This document shows, one piece after another, positions 53,581-61,222 of a stretch of DNA of 64,000 nucleotides. Below the pieces are notes generated by a model that saw only the letters and a list, made by a program, of their open reading frames with translations, was not told the DNA's origin and searched no databases. The stretch is from Dehalococcoidia bacterium (GTDB lineage Bacteria; Chloroflexota; Dehalococcoidia; UBA2979), in contig OZ241365.1 of assembly GCA_965200555.1 (NCBI GenBank), forward strand, positions 1,768,442-1,832,441, given 5' to 3'. How positions within the stretch are numbered: position 1 is the first letter of the stretch; each line of letters opens with the position of its first letter. The position numbers and the translations under genes were made by a program.

Positions 53581-54621
53581 TTGCTGGCGGTGCTGCTCGG
53601 CGCAGTCTCCGCGCTGGGCTTCGCGCTGGCGGCGGCACGGAACAGCGGCGCCGAGGTGCGGATCGAGGCGCGCCGCCTCGACGACGGGCGCGTCGAGTTC
53701 GCGTTGAGCGAGCGCGGAGCGGACGGCGAGTGGGGCGACCGCATCCTGCCGTCCTCCCGCTACTTCCCGGCGGGCAGCCGCGGCGGATGGCTCCGATCGT
53801 CGCCGGTGTCCGTCGGCGCAGGCGCTCCCGCCCCGGCGGTGCGGATCGAGGCGCGCCGCCTCGGCGACGGGCGCATCGAGTTCGCGTTGAGCGAGCGCGG
53901 AACGGACGGCGAGTGGGGCGACCGCGTCCTGCCGTCCTCCCGCTACTTCCCGGCGGGCAGCCGCGGCGGATGGCTCCGATCGTCGCCGGTGTCCGTCGGC
54001 GCAAGCGCTCCCGCCGCCGCGTCCCCCTCGGCGGCGGCGCCCGCGCCGGCGCCTCGGGCGTCGTGCCCGGACGGCGCGGTGGCGGAGCTGGACGGCAACC
54101 CGGGACTGGCCGCGGACGGCGAGCAGCGTCTCGCCGTCCGCGACGTCCTCGCGGGCGACGGCGAAGTGCTGAATTGGAGCGCCGCGCTGCCGATGGACCA
54201 GTGGGAAGGCGTCACGATCGGGGGATCGCCGCCCCGCGTCACCGTTCTATTGCTCACTAGGGCTGGGAACGGGTTGAGCGGCAGCATCCCGCCCGAACTC
54301 GGCCGCTTGGCGAACCTGGAGTGGCTGAGCCTCGACGGGAACGAGTTGAGCGGCAGCATCCCGCCCGAACTCGGCGGCTTGGCGAACCTGGAGTGGCTGA
54401 ACCTCAACGGGAACGAGTTGAGCGGCAGCATCCCGCCCGAACTCGGCGGCTTGGCGAAGCTGGAGGGGTTGTGGCTTCGCGGGAACGGGTTGAGCGGCAG
54501 CATCCCGCCCGAACTCGGCAACCTGGCGAAGCTGGAGGGGCTGAGTCTGCGCGGGAACGCGCTGACCGGCTGCCTCCCCCGCGCGCTGGATAACCTGACC
54601 GACGCGCTCCCGCCCTGCTGA
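53581..54621 (+). CDS. Secreted LRR protein B (paralogue of LRR-A, 4-5 LRRs); the ancestral start codon position now reads ATC
   Basis: More than 90% nucleotide identity to LRR-A over the 5'UTR, signal peptide and the 2x 'RIEARRL' modules. It ends ...GCLPRALDNLTDALPPC. At the position of LRR-A's ATG (after AGGAGG+7) the sequence is ATC (IANGKTAGLL...), so the first ATG is 7 codons downstream (MLAVLLG...). Confidence 0.75.
   Translation: MLAVLLGAVSALGFALAAARNSGAEVRIEARRLDDGRVEFALSERGADGEWGDRILPSSRYFPAGSRGGWLRSSPVSVGAGAPAPAVRIEARRLGDGRIEFALSERGTDGEWGDRVLPSSRYFPAGSRGGWLRSSPVSVGASAPAAASPSAAAPAPAPRASCPDGAVAELDGNPGLAADGEQRLAVRDVLAGDGEVLNWSAALPMDQWEGVTIGGSPPRVTVLLLTRAGNGLSGSIPPELGRLANLEWLSLDGNELSGSIPPELGGLANLEWLNLNGNELSGSIPPELGGLAKLEGLWLRGNGLSGSIPPELGNLAKLEGLSLRGNALTGCLPRALDNLTDALPPC
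53645..53985 (+). repeat. Tandem duplication (2 x about 165 bp) encoding the 'RIEARRL' module in LRR-B
   Basis: Same module as in LRR-A, more than 90% identical in nucleotide sequence. Confidence 0.85.
54277..54600 (+). repeat. Tandem 72-bp LRR coding repeats (4-5 units) in LRR-B
   Basis: Periodic LSGSIPPELGxLAxLExLxLxGNx units. Confidence 0.85.
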
Positions 54622-54706
54622 CGGCGCCGCCCGCACCCGGCGTCCGGCGGCCCCGACCGGTGTCGCGGGCGGGCGCGGCAGGCGCTGTCGTCCGCGGTAA
54701 GCTGTC

Positions 54707-54750
54707 GCGCGTTCCCGATCGTGAACCGCCGCCCGTATGCTGGACGCGCC
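54707..54750 (+). repeat. 44-bp direct repeat, right copy (gcgcgttcccgatcgtgaaccgccgcccgtatgctggacgcgcc)
   Basis: See the left copy at 53455..53499. Confidence 0.8.
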
Positions 54751-54850
54751 CGCGCCGGCCCGCTTCCGGCGGGCGGAGGGCGTCGCGGGTGCGGGAGGCG
54801 CGCGCGGTGAACGGCGACGGTCCGCGACGGGCGGCGGGAGGCGGCGCGCC

Positions 54851-55372
54851 GTGAGCGCGGCGGACGGCCTCGCGGGCCGTCACGCGCTGGTGGCCGCCGC
54901 GCGCGAACCCGAGGGCCGCGCCCTCGCCCTCGCCCTCGCCGCCGCCGGCGCGACCGTCAGCGTCGCGACGGCGCGCGACGACCGCGCCGAGGAGGTGACG
55001 GCGCACTCGATCCTCAACGAGTGCTGGACGCTCGGACGCGACGGCCGCGCGCTCCGCCTCGACCTCGCCGACCCCGCCGCCGCCGATGCCGCCCTCGCCG
55101 GCCTCGAGGCCGCGGTCGCGCCCCTCGACGCGCTGGTGATCGCCCCCCCGCGCGAGGGCGACGGCGACGCCTCGGCGTTCGCGGATGCGGCGGCGCGCCG
55201 CATGGCGGAGCGCGGCGGCGGGCGCATCGCGCTCTGCGCGGGCGCGGACGGCGGCGAGGCGGCGCGCGCTCTCGCCGCGTCGCTGTCCGCGCGCTGGGCG
55301 GAGCGCGGCGTCGGCGCCTCGGCGGTGGAGGCGGTCGGCGACGCGGTGGCGGCGGCGGTCGGCGCCCCGTGA
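54851..55372 (+). CDS. Short SDR-like fragment, paralogous to 50669..51460
   Basis: GTG start. LAGRHALVAAAREPEGRALALALAAAGATVSVAT parallels the N-terminus of the SDR-like protein at 50669. The first 25 nt are also homologous to the start of the RCC1-SGDH lipoprotein gene (gtgagcgcNgcggNcggcctcgc). Confidence 0.35.
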   Translation: MSAADGLAGRHALVAAAREPEGRALALALAAAGATVSVATARDDRAEEVTAHSILNECWTLGRDGRALRLDLADPAAADAALAGLEAAVAPLDALVIAPPREGDGDASAFADAAARRMAERGGGRIALCAGADGGEAARALAASLSARWAERGVGASAVEAVGDAVAAAVGAP

Positions 55373-56052
55373 CGACGCGGGCGAGAACCGAACCGCCCGG
55401 TCAGCGCGCGCGGACGCGCGAGCAGTCGCGGCGCGTGTAGTCCTTGGGGTGGCTGTGCGCGGCCTCGCCTTCGGCCGTCACGACCTCGTGCACCGTGCCG
55501 ACGTGCTGCCCGTTCGCTGTGATCAGCTTGACGATCCGCGCCTCCCCGCCGATCCAGCGCGGATCGCGCGCCGCCGTTCGGTGTACGATGAGTTCGAGGA
55601 ACACGCCCGCCGCCCGTTTGCCGTCCATGTCCGCGACGGCCCACAATGCGGCGAGATCAGCGGACGGGACGACTTCGATGACGACACCCCTGATCGTCCG
55701 CTCCCCGACGCGGGCCGAGGTGCTGGAGGCGGCGCGGCGGACGCTGGCGGACGGCCCGGGCCAGTATGGCCGATTGCCCGACTTCCTCGCCTCCGTGGAC
55801 TGGTCGGAGCGCGTGCGCCCGGGCGCCGGCGCCGCGGACCTGCTGGGGCGGCTGGAGCTGTGGGACAGCGAGTACCGCGAGGGCGGCATCGGCTGGGACG
55901 AGCTGGCGGCGCGCCTCGCCGCGCTCGGCGGCGGATAGCGCCAGACGCGCCGCTCCCCGTCGGGCGCGATTGACGCGCCGGCGGCGGCGCGCCTACGATT
56001 TCGCGTGCGCCCGCCGCCGGCGGGCGGCGGCGGCGAAAGGCCGGACGCGAAC

Positions 56053-56259
56053 GTGACCGAGGTCTACGTCGGGGAGACGGAGTCGTTCGAGGCGGCGCTG
56101 AAGCGCTTCAACAAGCGCGTGCAGGCCGACGGCATCCTCTCCGACGCGCGCCGGGCGGAGTACTACGAGAAGCCGTCCGTGCGCCGCAAGAAGAAGGAGG
56201 CCGCGCGCCTCCGCAAGCTGCGTAAGGCGATGCGCGCGCAGACCAGGCAGCGGCGCTAG
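56053..56259 (+). CDS. rpsU: 30S ribosomal protein S21
   Basis: VTEVYVGETESFEAALKRFNKRVQADGILSDARRAEYYEKPSVRRKKKEAARLRKLRK matches the bS21 family. GTG start; the listed ORF start at 56005 is an extension. Confidence 0.85.
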   Translation: MTEVYVGETESFEAALKRFNKRVQADGILSDARRAEYYEKPSVRRKKKEAARLRKLRKAMRAQTRQRR

Positions 56260-56344
56260 CCGCGCCCCCGCGCGCGGCGCCCCGGCCGGCGGCGTCCGGC
56301 CCCGCGCGGCGCGCGCCCACGACCGGAGACGGCAGGCGCAGGCG

Positions 56345-56797
56345 ATGGCCACGCTCGCGGACGCGATCCGCTCCGACATGACCGAGGCGATGCGGGCGGG
56401 CGACCGCACGCGCCGCGACACCCTGCGCCTGCTCATCGCCGCCCTCGACAACGCCCGCATCGCCGCCGGCCGCGACCTCGACGGCGGCGAGGCCGTCGCC
56501 GCGCTCCAGCGCGAGGCCCGCCAGCGCCGCGACTCGATCGGGGAGTACCGCAAGGGCGGACGCGACGACCTCGTCCGGCGCGAGGAGGCCGAGCTGGCGA
56601 TCATCGGCGAGTACCTGCCGGACGAGCTGACCGAGGACGAGCTGCGCGCGGCCGTCGAGGAGGCGATCGCGGAGGCCGGCGCGAGCGAGCCGGGCGACCT
56701 CGGCAAGGTGATGGGTCCGCTGATGGCGCGCGTGCGCGGACGCGCCGACGGCCGCCGCGTCAACGAACTCGTGCGCGAGCGGCTGGCGGGCGGTTGA
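56345..56797 (+). CDS. GatB/YqeY domain protein
   Basis: LADAIRSDMTEAMRAGDRTRRDTLRLLIAAL...EYRKGGRDDLVRREEAELAIIGEYLP...GKVMGPLMA matches the YqeY family. This is the classic rpsU-yqeY arrangement. Confidence 0.8.
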   Translation: MATLADAIRSDMTEAMRAGDRTRRDTLRLLIAALDNARIAAGRDLDGGEAVAALQREARQRRDSIGEYRKGGRDDLVRREEAELAIIGEYLPDELTEDELRAAVEEAIAEAGASEPGDLGKVMGPLMARVRGRADGRRVNELVRERLAGG

Positions 56798-56819
56798 TCG
56801 GGCCCCGCCGCCCCGCGCC

Positions 56820-59042
56820 GTGCTGAGCCGCCCGGACGGCGAGGCGCAGTGGCATACGCCCGGCGCCGCCGCCGCGTTCGGCCTCGTGGTCGCCGTGGCG
56901 CTCGCGGCGGCGCTGTTCCCGTGGCACCCCGGCGGCGCGAAGCTGCGCGAGGGCGAGCCCTCGCCGTTCGCGCTTTCGGCCCCCACCGGCGTCTCCTACG
57001 AGTCGGACGTGCTGACGGAGCGCGCGCGCGCCGCCGCGGCCGCCGCCGTGCCCTCCAAGCTGGTGCGCGAGGAGTCGATCCTGCGCCGCCAGCTGGGCGA
57101 GCTCGGCCAGCAGCTGGCCGGCGTCCGCGACGCGCGGGCGGCCACGCTCAGCGACTCCGAGCGCGAGTCGCGCATCCGCGCCGCCGCCGCGGGCGCGCTC
57201 GCGCAGTCCTCGATCGTGACCCTCGCCGCCGTCTCCGGCGAGCGCTTCGACGTCATCGCGGCCGAGGCCGGGCGCGTGCTGCGCGAGACCCTCGGCGGCG
57301 GCGTGACCGAGGAGCAGGCGGCGGCGGCGCGCGCCTCCGTGCCCGAGCGCCTGCTCGCCGGGAGCCGCCTCACCGCCGCCGAGGGGACGGCGGCGGCCGA
57401 GCTCGTCGCGCCGCTCGTCGTGCCCAACGTCGTCGCCGACGCGGGGCTGACCGAGGCCGACCGCGAGGCGGCGCGCGCGCGCGTCGCGCCGGTGCGGGTG
57501 ACGCGCGAGCGCGGCCAGCTGCTCGTCGAGGAGGGGCAGGAGCTGACCGCCGCCGACCTCGAGCTGCTGCGGCGCGCCGAGCTGGGCACGGGCGGGGTGA
57601 CGGCGCAGGGGGCGCTGGCGGCGGCGCTCGTGGCGGCGCTGGCGGGCGCGGCCTGCGGCGCCTACCTCTTCGTCGTGCGCCCGCGGGCGCTGTCCGGGGC
57701 GCGGCGGCTGGCGCTGTTCGCGCTGCTGCTGACCGCTCCCGCGGCGGCGCTGCAGTACGGGCTGCCGCTGGTCATGCCCGACCTCGACCGCCAGTTCCTC
57801 GCCTACGCGCTGCCGCTGGCGGCGGCGCCGATGGCGGCGGCGGTGCTGCTCGAACTCGGCGCGGCGCTGCTGCTGGCGATGCTGCTCTCCGTCCTCGCCG
57901 GCTTCGTCGCCGCCTCCGTGCCGTTCGCCGACGCGGGCGGCGCGGGCCAGATCGAGTCGGCGCGGATGGCGCTCACCGTCGGCGCCGGATCGCTGGCCGG
58001 CGTGTTCGTCACGGCGCGCGCCACCAACCTCAACCGCTACCTCGCGGCGGGGTTCGCCGTCGGCGGCGCGGCCGTCGCCGCGCTGCTGGCGACGTGGCTG
58101 CTCGACGCCGGCCGGCAGGCGGGCGACCTCGCGTGGATCGCGGGGGCGGGAGGGCTGGGCGGCCTCGCCTCGGCGCTGATCGGGGTGGGCTTCTTCGTGG
58201 TGCTGAGCCGACCCTTCGGCATCATCACGCGCGTCGCGCTGATGGAGCTGGCGCAGCTCAGCCACCCCCTGCTGCGCCGCCTCCAGGACGAGGCGCCCGG
58301 CACCTTCCAGCACTCCGTCATGGTCAGCACGATGGCCGAGCGCGCCGCCGACCGCATCGGCGCCGACTCGCTGCTGGTGCGCGTCGGCGCCTACTACCAC
58401 GACATCGGCAAGCTCACCGCCCCCGAGTTCTTCGTCGAGAACTCGCCCGCCGGCGAGGACCCCCACGCCACGCTCGACCCGCTGCAGAGCACGCGCCTGA
58501 TCCAGCAGCACGTGCTGGCCGGCGCCGAACTCGCGCGCCGCGAGGGGGTGCCCGCGGCCGTCGCCCAGTTCATTCCCCAGCACCACGGCACCCGCCGCGT
58601 CCAGTTCTTCTACCGCCGCGCCGCCGCCGCCGATCCCGACGTCGACCCCGAGCTGTTCCGCTACCCCGGCCCCCGCCCCCAGTCGCGCGAGGCCGCGATC
58701 CTCATGCTCGCCGACTCCAGCGAGGCCGCCGTCCGCGCCAGCGCCGACCGCTCCCGCGAGCGCATCGCCGCCGTCGTCGAGGAGATCGTGCGCGAGCGCG
58801 TCGACGAGGACCAGTTCGACGAGTGCGACATCTCGCTGCGCGACCTGCGGATCGTCGCCGACTCGTTCGTGCAGACGCTCAACGCCGTCTACCACCCGCG
58901 CGTCGAGTACCCCGAGCCGACCGCGCACGAGATCGCCGAGCGCGGCGGCGCCCCGCCCCCGCGCCGCGCCGCCCGCCCCGCGCCCCCGGCCGCCGCCCGC
59001 GCCGCCGAGGCCCCCCCCGAGCGCGGCGGCGGCGAGGACTGA
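56820..59042 (+). CDS. 7TM-receptor-linked HD/HDIG phosphohydrolase (PgpH/YqfF-like membrane HD-domain protein)
   Basis: Large extracytoplasmic N-terminal region, about 7 TM helices, then an HD domain (FQHSVMVSTMAERAADRIG..., GAYYHDIGKL, ILMLADSSEAA). Confidence 0.8.
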   Translation: MLSRPDGEAQWHTPGAAAAFGLVVAVALAAALFPWHPGGAKLREGEPSPFALSAPTGVSYESDVLTERARAAAAAAVPSKLVREESILRRQLGELGQQLAGVRDARAATLSDSERESRIRAAAAGALAQSSIVTLAAVSGERFDVIAAEAGRVLRETLGGGVTEEQAAAARASVPERLLAGSRLTAAEGTAAAELVAPLVVPNVVADAGLTEADREAARARVAPVRVTRERGQLLVEEGQELTAADLELLRRAELGTGGVTAQGALAAALVAALAGAACGAYLFVVRPRALSGARRLALFALLLTAPAAALQYGLPLVMPDLDRQFLAYALPLAAAPMAAAVLLELGAALLLAMLLSVLAGFVAASVPFADAGGAGQIESARMALTVGAGSLAGVFVTARATNLNRYLAAGFAVGGAAVAALLATWLLDAGRQAGDLAWIAGAGGLGGLASALIGVGFFVVLSRPFGIITRVALMELAQLSHPLLRRLQDEAPGTFQHSVMVSTMAERAADRIGADSLLVRVGAYYHDIGKLTAPEFFVENSPAGEDPHATLDPLQSTRLIQQHVLAGAELARREGVPAAVAQFIPQHHGTRRVQFFYRRAAAADPDVDPELFRYPGPRPQSREAAILMLADSSEAAVRASADRSRERIAAVVEEIVRERVDEDQFDECDISLRDLRIVADSFVQTLNAVYHPRVEYPEPTAHEIAERGGAPPPRRAARPAPPAAARAAEAPPERGGGED

Positions 59043-59099
59043 GCGGCGAGGGGCGGGCGGGCCGCCGCCCGCGGCGGCGTATCGGGTATGCTGCGGGCC

Positions 59100-59795
59100 A
59101 TGCGCGCGGCGATCGTGGTCTTCCCCGGCACCTGGAGCGACGGCGACTGCGTCTTCGCCCTCGAACGGCTCGGCGCCTCGGCGCGGCGCGTCTGGCACCG
59201 CGAGACCGACCTCGGCGGGGCCGAGCTGGTGGTGCTGCCGGGCGGCTTCTCCTACGGCGACTACCTGCGCTGCGGGGCGATCGCCCGCTTCTCGCCGGTG
59301 ATGGAGGCGGTGCGCGCGCACGCCGCCGCCGGAGGCCTCGTGATCGGCATCTGCAACGGCTTCCAGATCCTGTGCGAGGCGGGGATGCTGCCGGGCGTGC
59401 TGATGCGTAACGCCTCGCTCCAGTTCCGCTGCGAGTGGGTGCGCCTCGCCGCCGCCTCGCGGCGCTCGCCGTTCACCGCCGGCATCGAGCCGGGGCGCGT
59501 GCTGCGCGTCCCGATCTCGCACGGCGAGGGCGCCTACCACGCCTCCGCCGCCGACCTCGCGGCGCTCGAGGCGGCGGGCCGCGTCGCCTTCCGCTACTGC
59601 GACGCCGAGGGCCGCGCCACGCCCGAGGCCAACCCCAACGGCTCCGCCGCCAACGTCGCGGGCGTGCTCGGCGAGGACGGCAACGTGCTCGGCATGATGC
59701 CGCACCCCGAACGCGCCTCCCACCCGCTGCTCGGCGGCGAGGACGGCGCGGCCATCTGGCGTTCGGCGATGGCCAGCCTCGCGGCCGCGGCCTGA
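59100..59795 (+). CDS. purQ: Phosphoribosylformylglycinamidine synthase, glutaminase subunit (alternative ATG at 59088)
   Basis: MRAAIVVFPGTWSDGD..., the catalytic GICNGFQIL, and HGEGAY...MMPHPER are present. Confidence 0.9.
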   Translation: MRAAIVVFPGTWSDGDCVFALERLGASARRVWHRETDLGGAELVVLPGGFSYGDYLRCGAIARFSPVMEAVRAHAAAGGLVIGICNGFQILCEAGMLPGVLMRNASLQFRCEWVRLAAASRRSPFTAGIEPGRVLRVPISHGEGAYHASAADLAALEAAGRVAFRYCDAEGRATPEANPNGSAANVAGVLGEDGNVLGMMPHPERASHPLLGGEDGAAIWRSAMASLAAAA

Positions 59796-59819
59796 GCGCC
59801 GCACGGAAAGGAACCCGGC

Positions 59820-60470
59820 ATGACGAGCGACACGGCGGCGGCGGCGCCCTACCCCGCGCGGCTCGACGTCGAGTACCCCGAGGAGGGGCTGAGCCGCCTC
59901 ACGACGTTCTTCCGCGCGATCTGGGCGATCCCGATCCTCGCCGTGCTGACCGCGCTGACCGGCGGCGGCCCCCGGATCCAGCAGCTGGGGGACGACGCCT
60001 GGCTGATCGTGGCCTCGTCGGCCGGCCTGCTGGTGGTGCCGGTGCTGCTGATGATCCTCTTCCGGCGCAAGTACCCGCGCTGGTGGTTCGACTGGCACCT
60101 CGAACTGGCGCGCTTCTCGACGCGCGTCTGGGCGTACCTGCTGCTGATGCGCGACGAGTACCCCTCGACCGACGAGGAGCAGGCCGTCCGCCTCGACCTC
60201 GACTACCCGGACGCGGAGCGCGACCTCAACCGCTGGCTGCCGCTGGTGAAGTGGCTGCTGGCGATCCCGCATTTCGCGATCCTGACCGCGCTGGGCGTGA
60301 TCGCGGGGGTGCTGGTCGTCGTCGCGTGGTTCGCGATCCTGTTCACGGGGCGCTACCCGCGCGGCATCTTCGGCTTCCTCCTCGGCGTCTCGCGCTGGTG
60401 GCTGCGGGTCGAGGCCTACTCGCTGCTGCTGATCACCGACCGCTACCCGCCGTTCGGCTTCGACGACTAG
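59820..60470 (+). CDS. DUF4389 domain membrane protein (copy 1)
   Basis: RLTTFFRAIWAIPILAV..., WLPLVKWLLAIPHFAIL..., FTGRYPRGIFGFLLGVSRWWLRV..., and a terminal DRYPPF are present. Confidence 0.7.
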   Translation: MTSDTAAAAPYPARLDVEYPEEGLSRLTTFFRAIWAIPILAVLTALTGGGPRIQQLGDDAWLIVASSAGLLVVPVLLMILFRRKYPRWWFDWHLELARFSTRVWAYLLLMRDEYPSTDEEQAVRLDLDYPDAERDLNRWLPLVKWLLAIPHFAILTALGVIAGVLVVVAWFAILFTGRYPRGIFGFLLGVSRWWLRVEAYSLLLITDRYPPFGFDD

Positions 60471-60610
60471 GCGGGCGGCGCCCCCGGACGTGGCGGGGCC
60501 CCGCCGCGTCCGGGGCTGCGCGAGCGCGGCGCGGCGCGCTATAGTGCGCGCCCGCGCCGCACGCCGCCGGAAGGCGGCGGCGGGCGGCGGACGTGTGGAG
60601 GGAACGAACG

Positions 60611-61189
60611 ATGGCGGCGATGGACAGCGGCTATCCGGTCACCTTCGACGTGGCCTACCCCGAGTCGCCGAACCGCTTCCTGATCCTGATCCGCTGGCTG
60701 CTGGTGGTGCCGCACCTGATCGTGCTCAACGTCCTCGAGACGCTCGTCGGGCTGGGGACGCTGGTCGGGTTCTTCGCGATCCTGTTCACGAAGAACTACC
60801 CGGACTTCATCTGGCGCTTCGTCGTGGGCGTCATGCGCTGGACCCAGAACGCCACCGCCTACACGCTCTTCCTCGACCGCTATCCGCCGTTCAGCCTGAC
60901 CGAGGGGCAGTACGAGCCGGTCACGTTCACGGTGGAGAAGCCGGCCGCGTTCAACCGCTGGCTGCCGCTCGTGAAGTGGCTGCTGATGCTGCCGCACATC
61001 GCGATCCTGATCGTGCTGTCCGCGATCGCGACGTTCGCGGTCGTCCTGCTCGCCCTCGGCGTGCTGTTCACCGGGCGCTACCCGCGCGGCCTGTTCAACT
61101 ACCTCGTCGGCGTCGGGCGCTGGGGCGCGCGCGTCAACGCCTACGGCCTGCTGCTGGTGGACCGCTACCCGCCGTTCTCGCTGCGCTAG
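60611..61189 (+). CDS. DUF4389 domain membrane protein (copy 2, tandem paralogue)
   Basis: Same architecture and motifs as copy 1 (RWLLVVPHLIV..., WLPLVKWLLMLPHIAIL..., FTGRYPRGLFNYLVGVGRWGARV..., DRYPPF). Start chosen at MAAMDSGYP. Confidence 0.7.
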   Translation: MAAMDSGYPVTFDVAYPESPNRFLILIRWLLVVPHLIVLNVLETLVGLGTLVGFFAILFTKNYPDFIWRFVVGVMRWTQNATAYTLFLDRYPPFSLTEGQYEPVTFTVEKPAAFNRWLPLVKWLLMLPHIAILIVLSAIATFAVVLLALGVLFTGRYPRGLFNYLVGVGRWGARVNAYGLLLVDRYPPFSLR

Positions 61190-61222
61190 GCGGCGAGGGG
61201 CGCGCGGGACGCGCGAGGGGCG

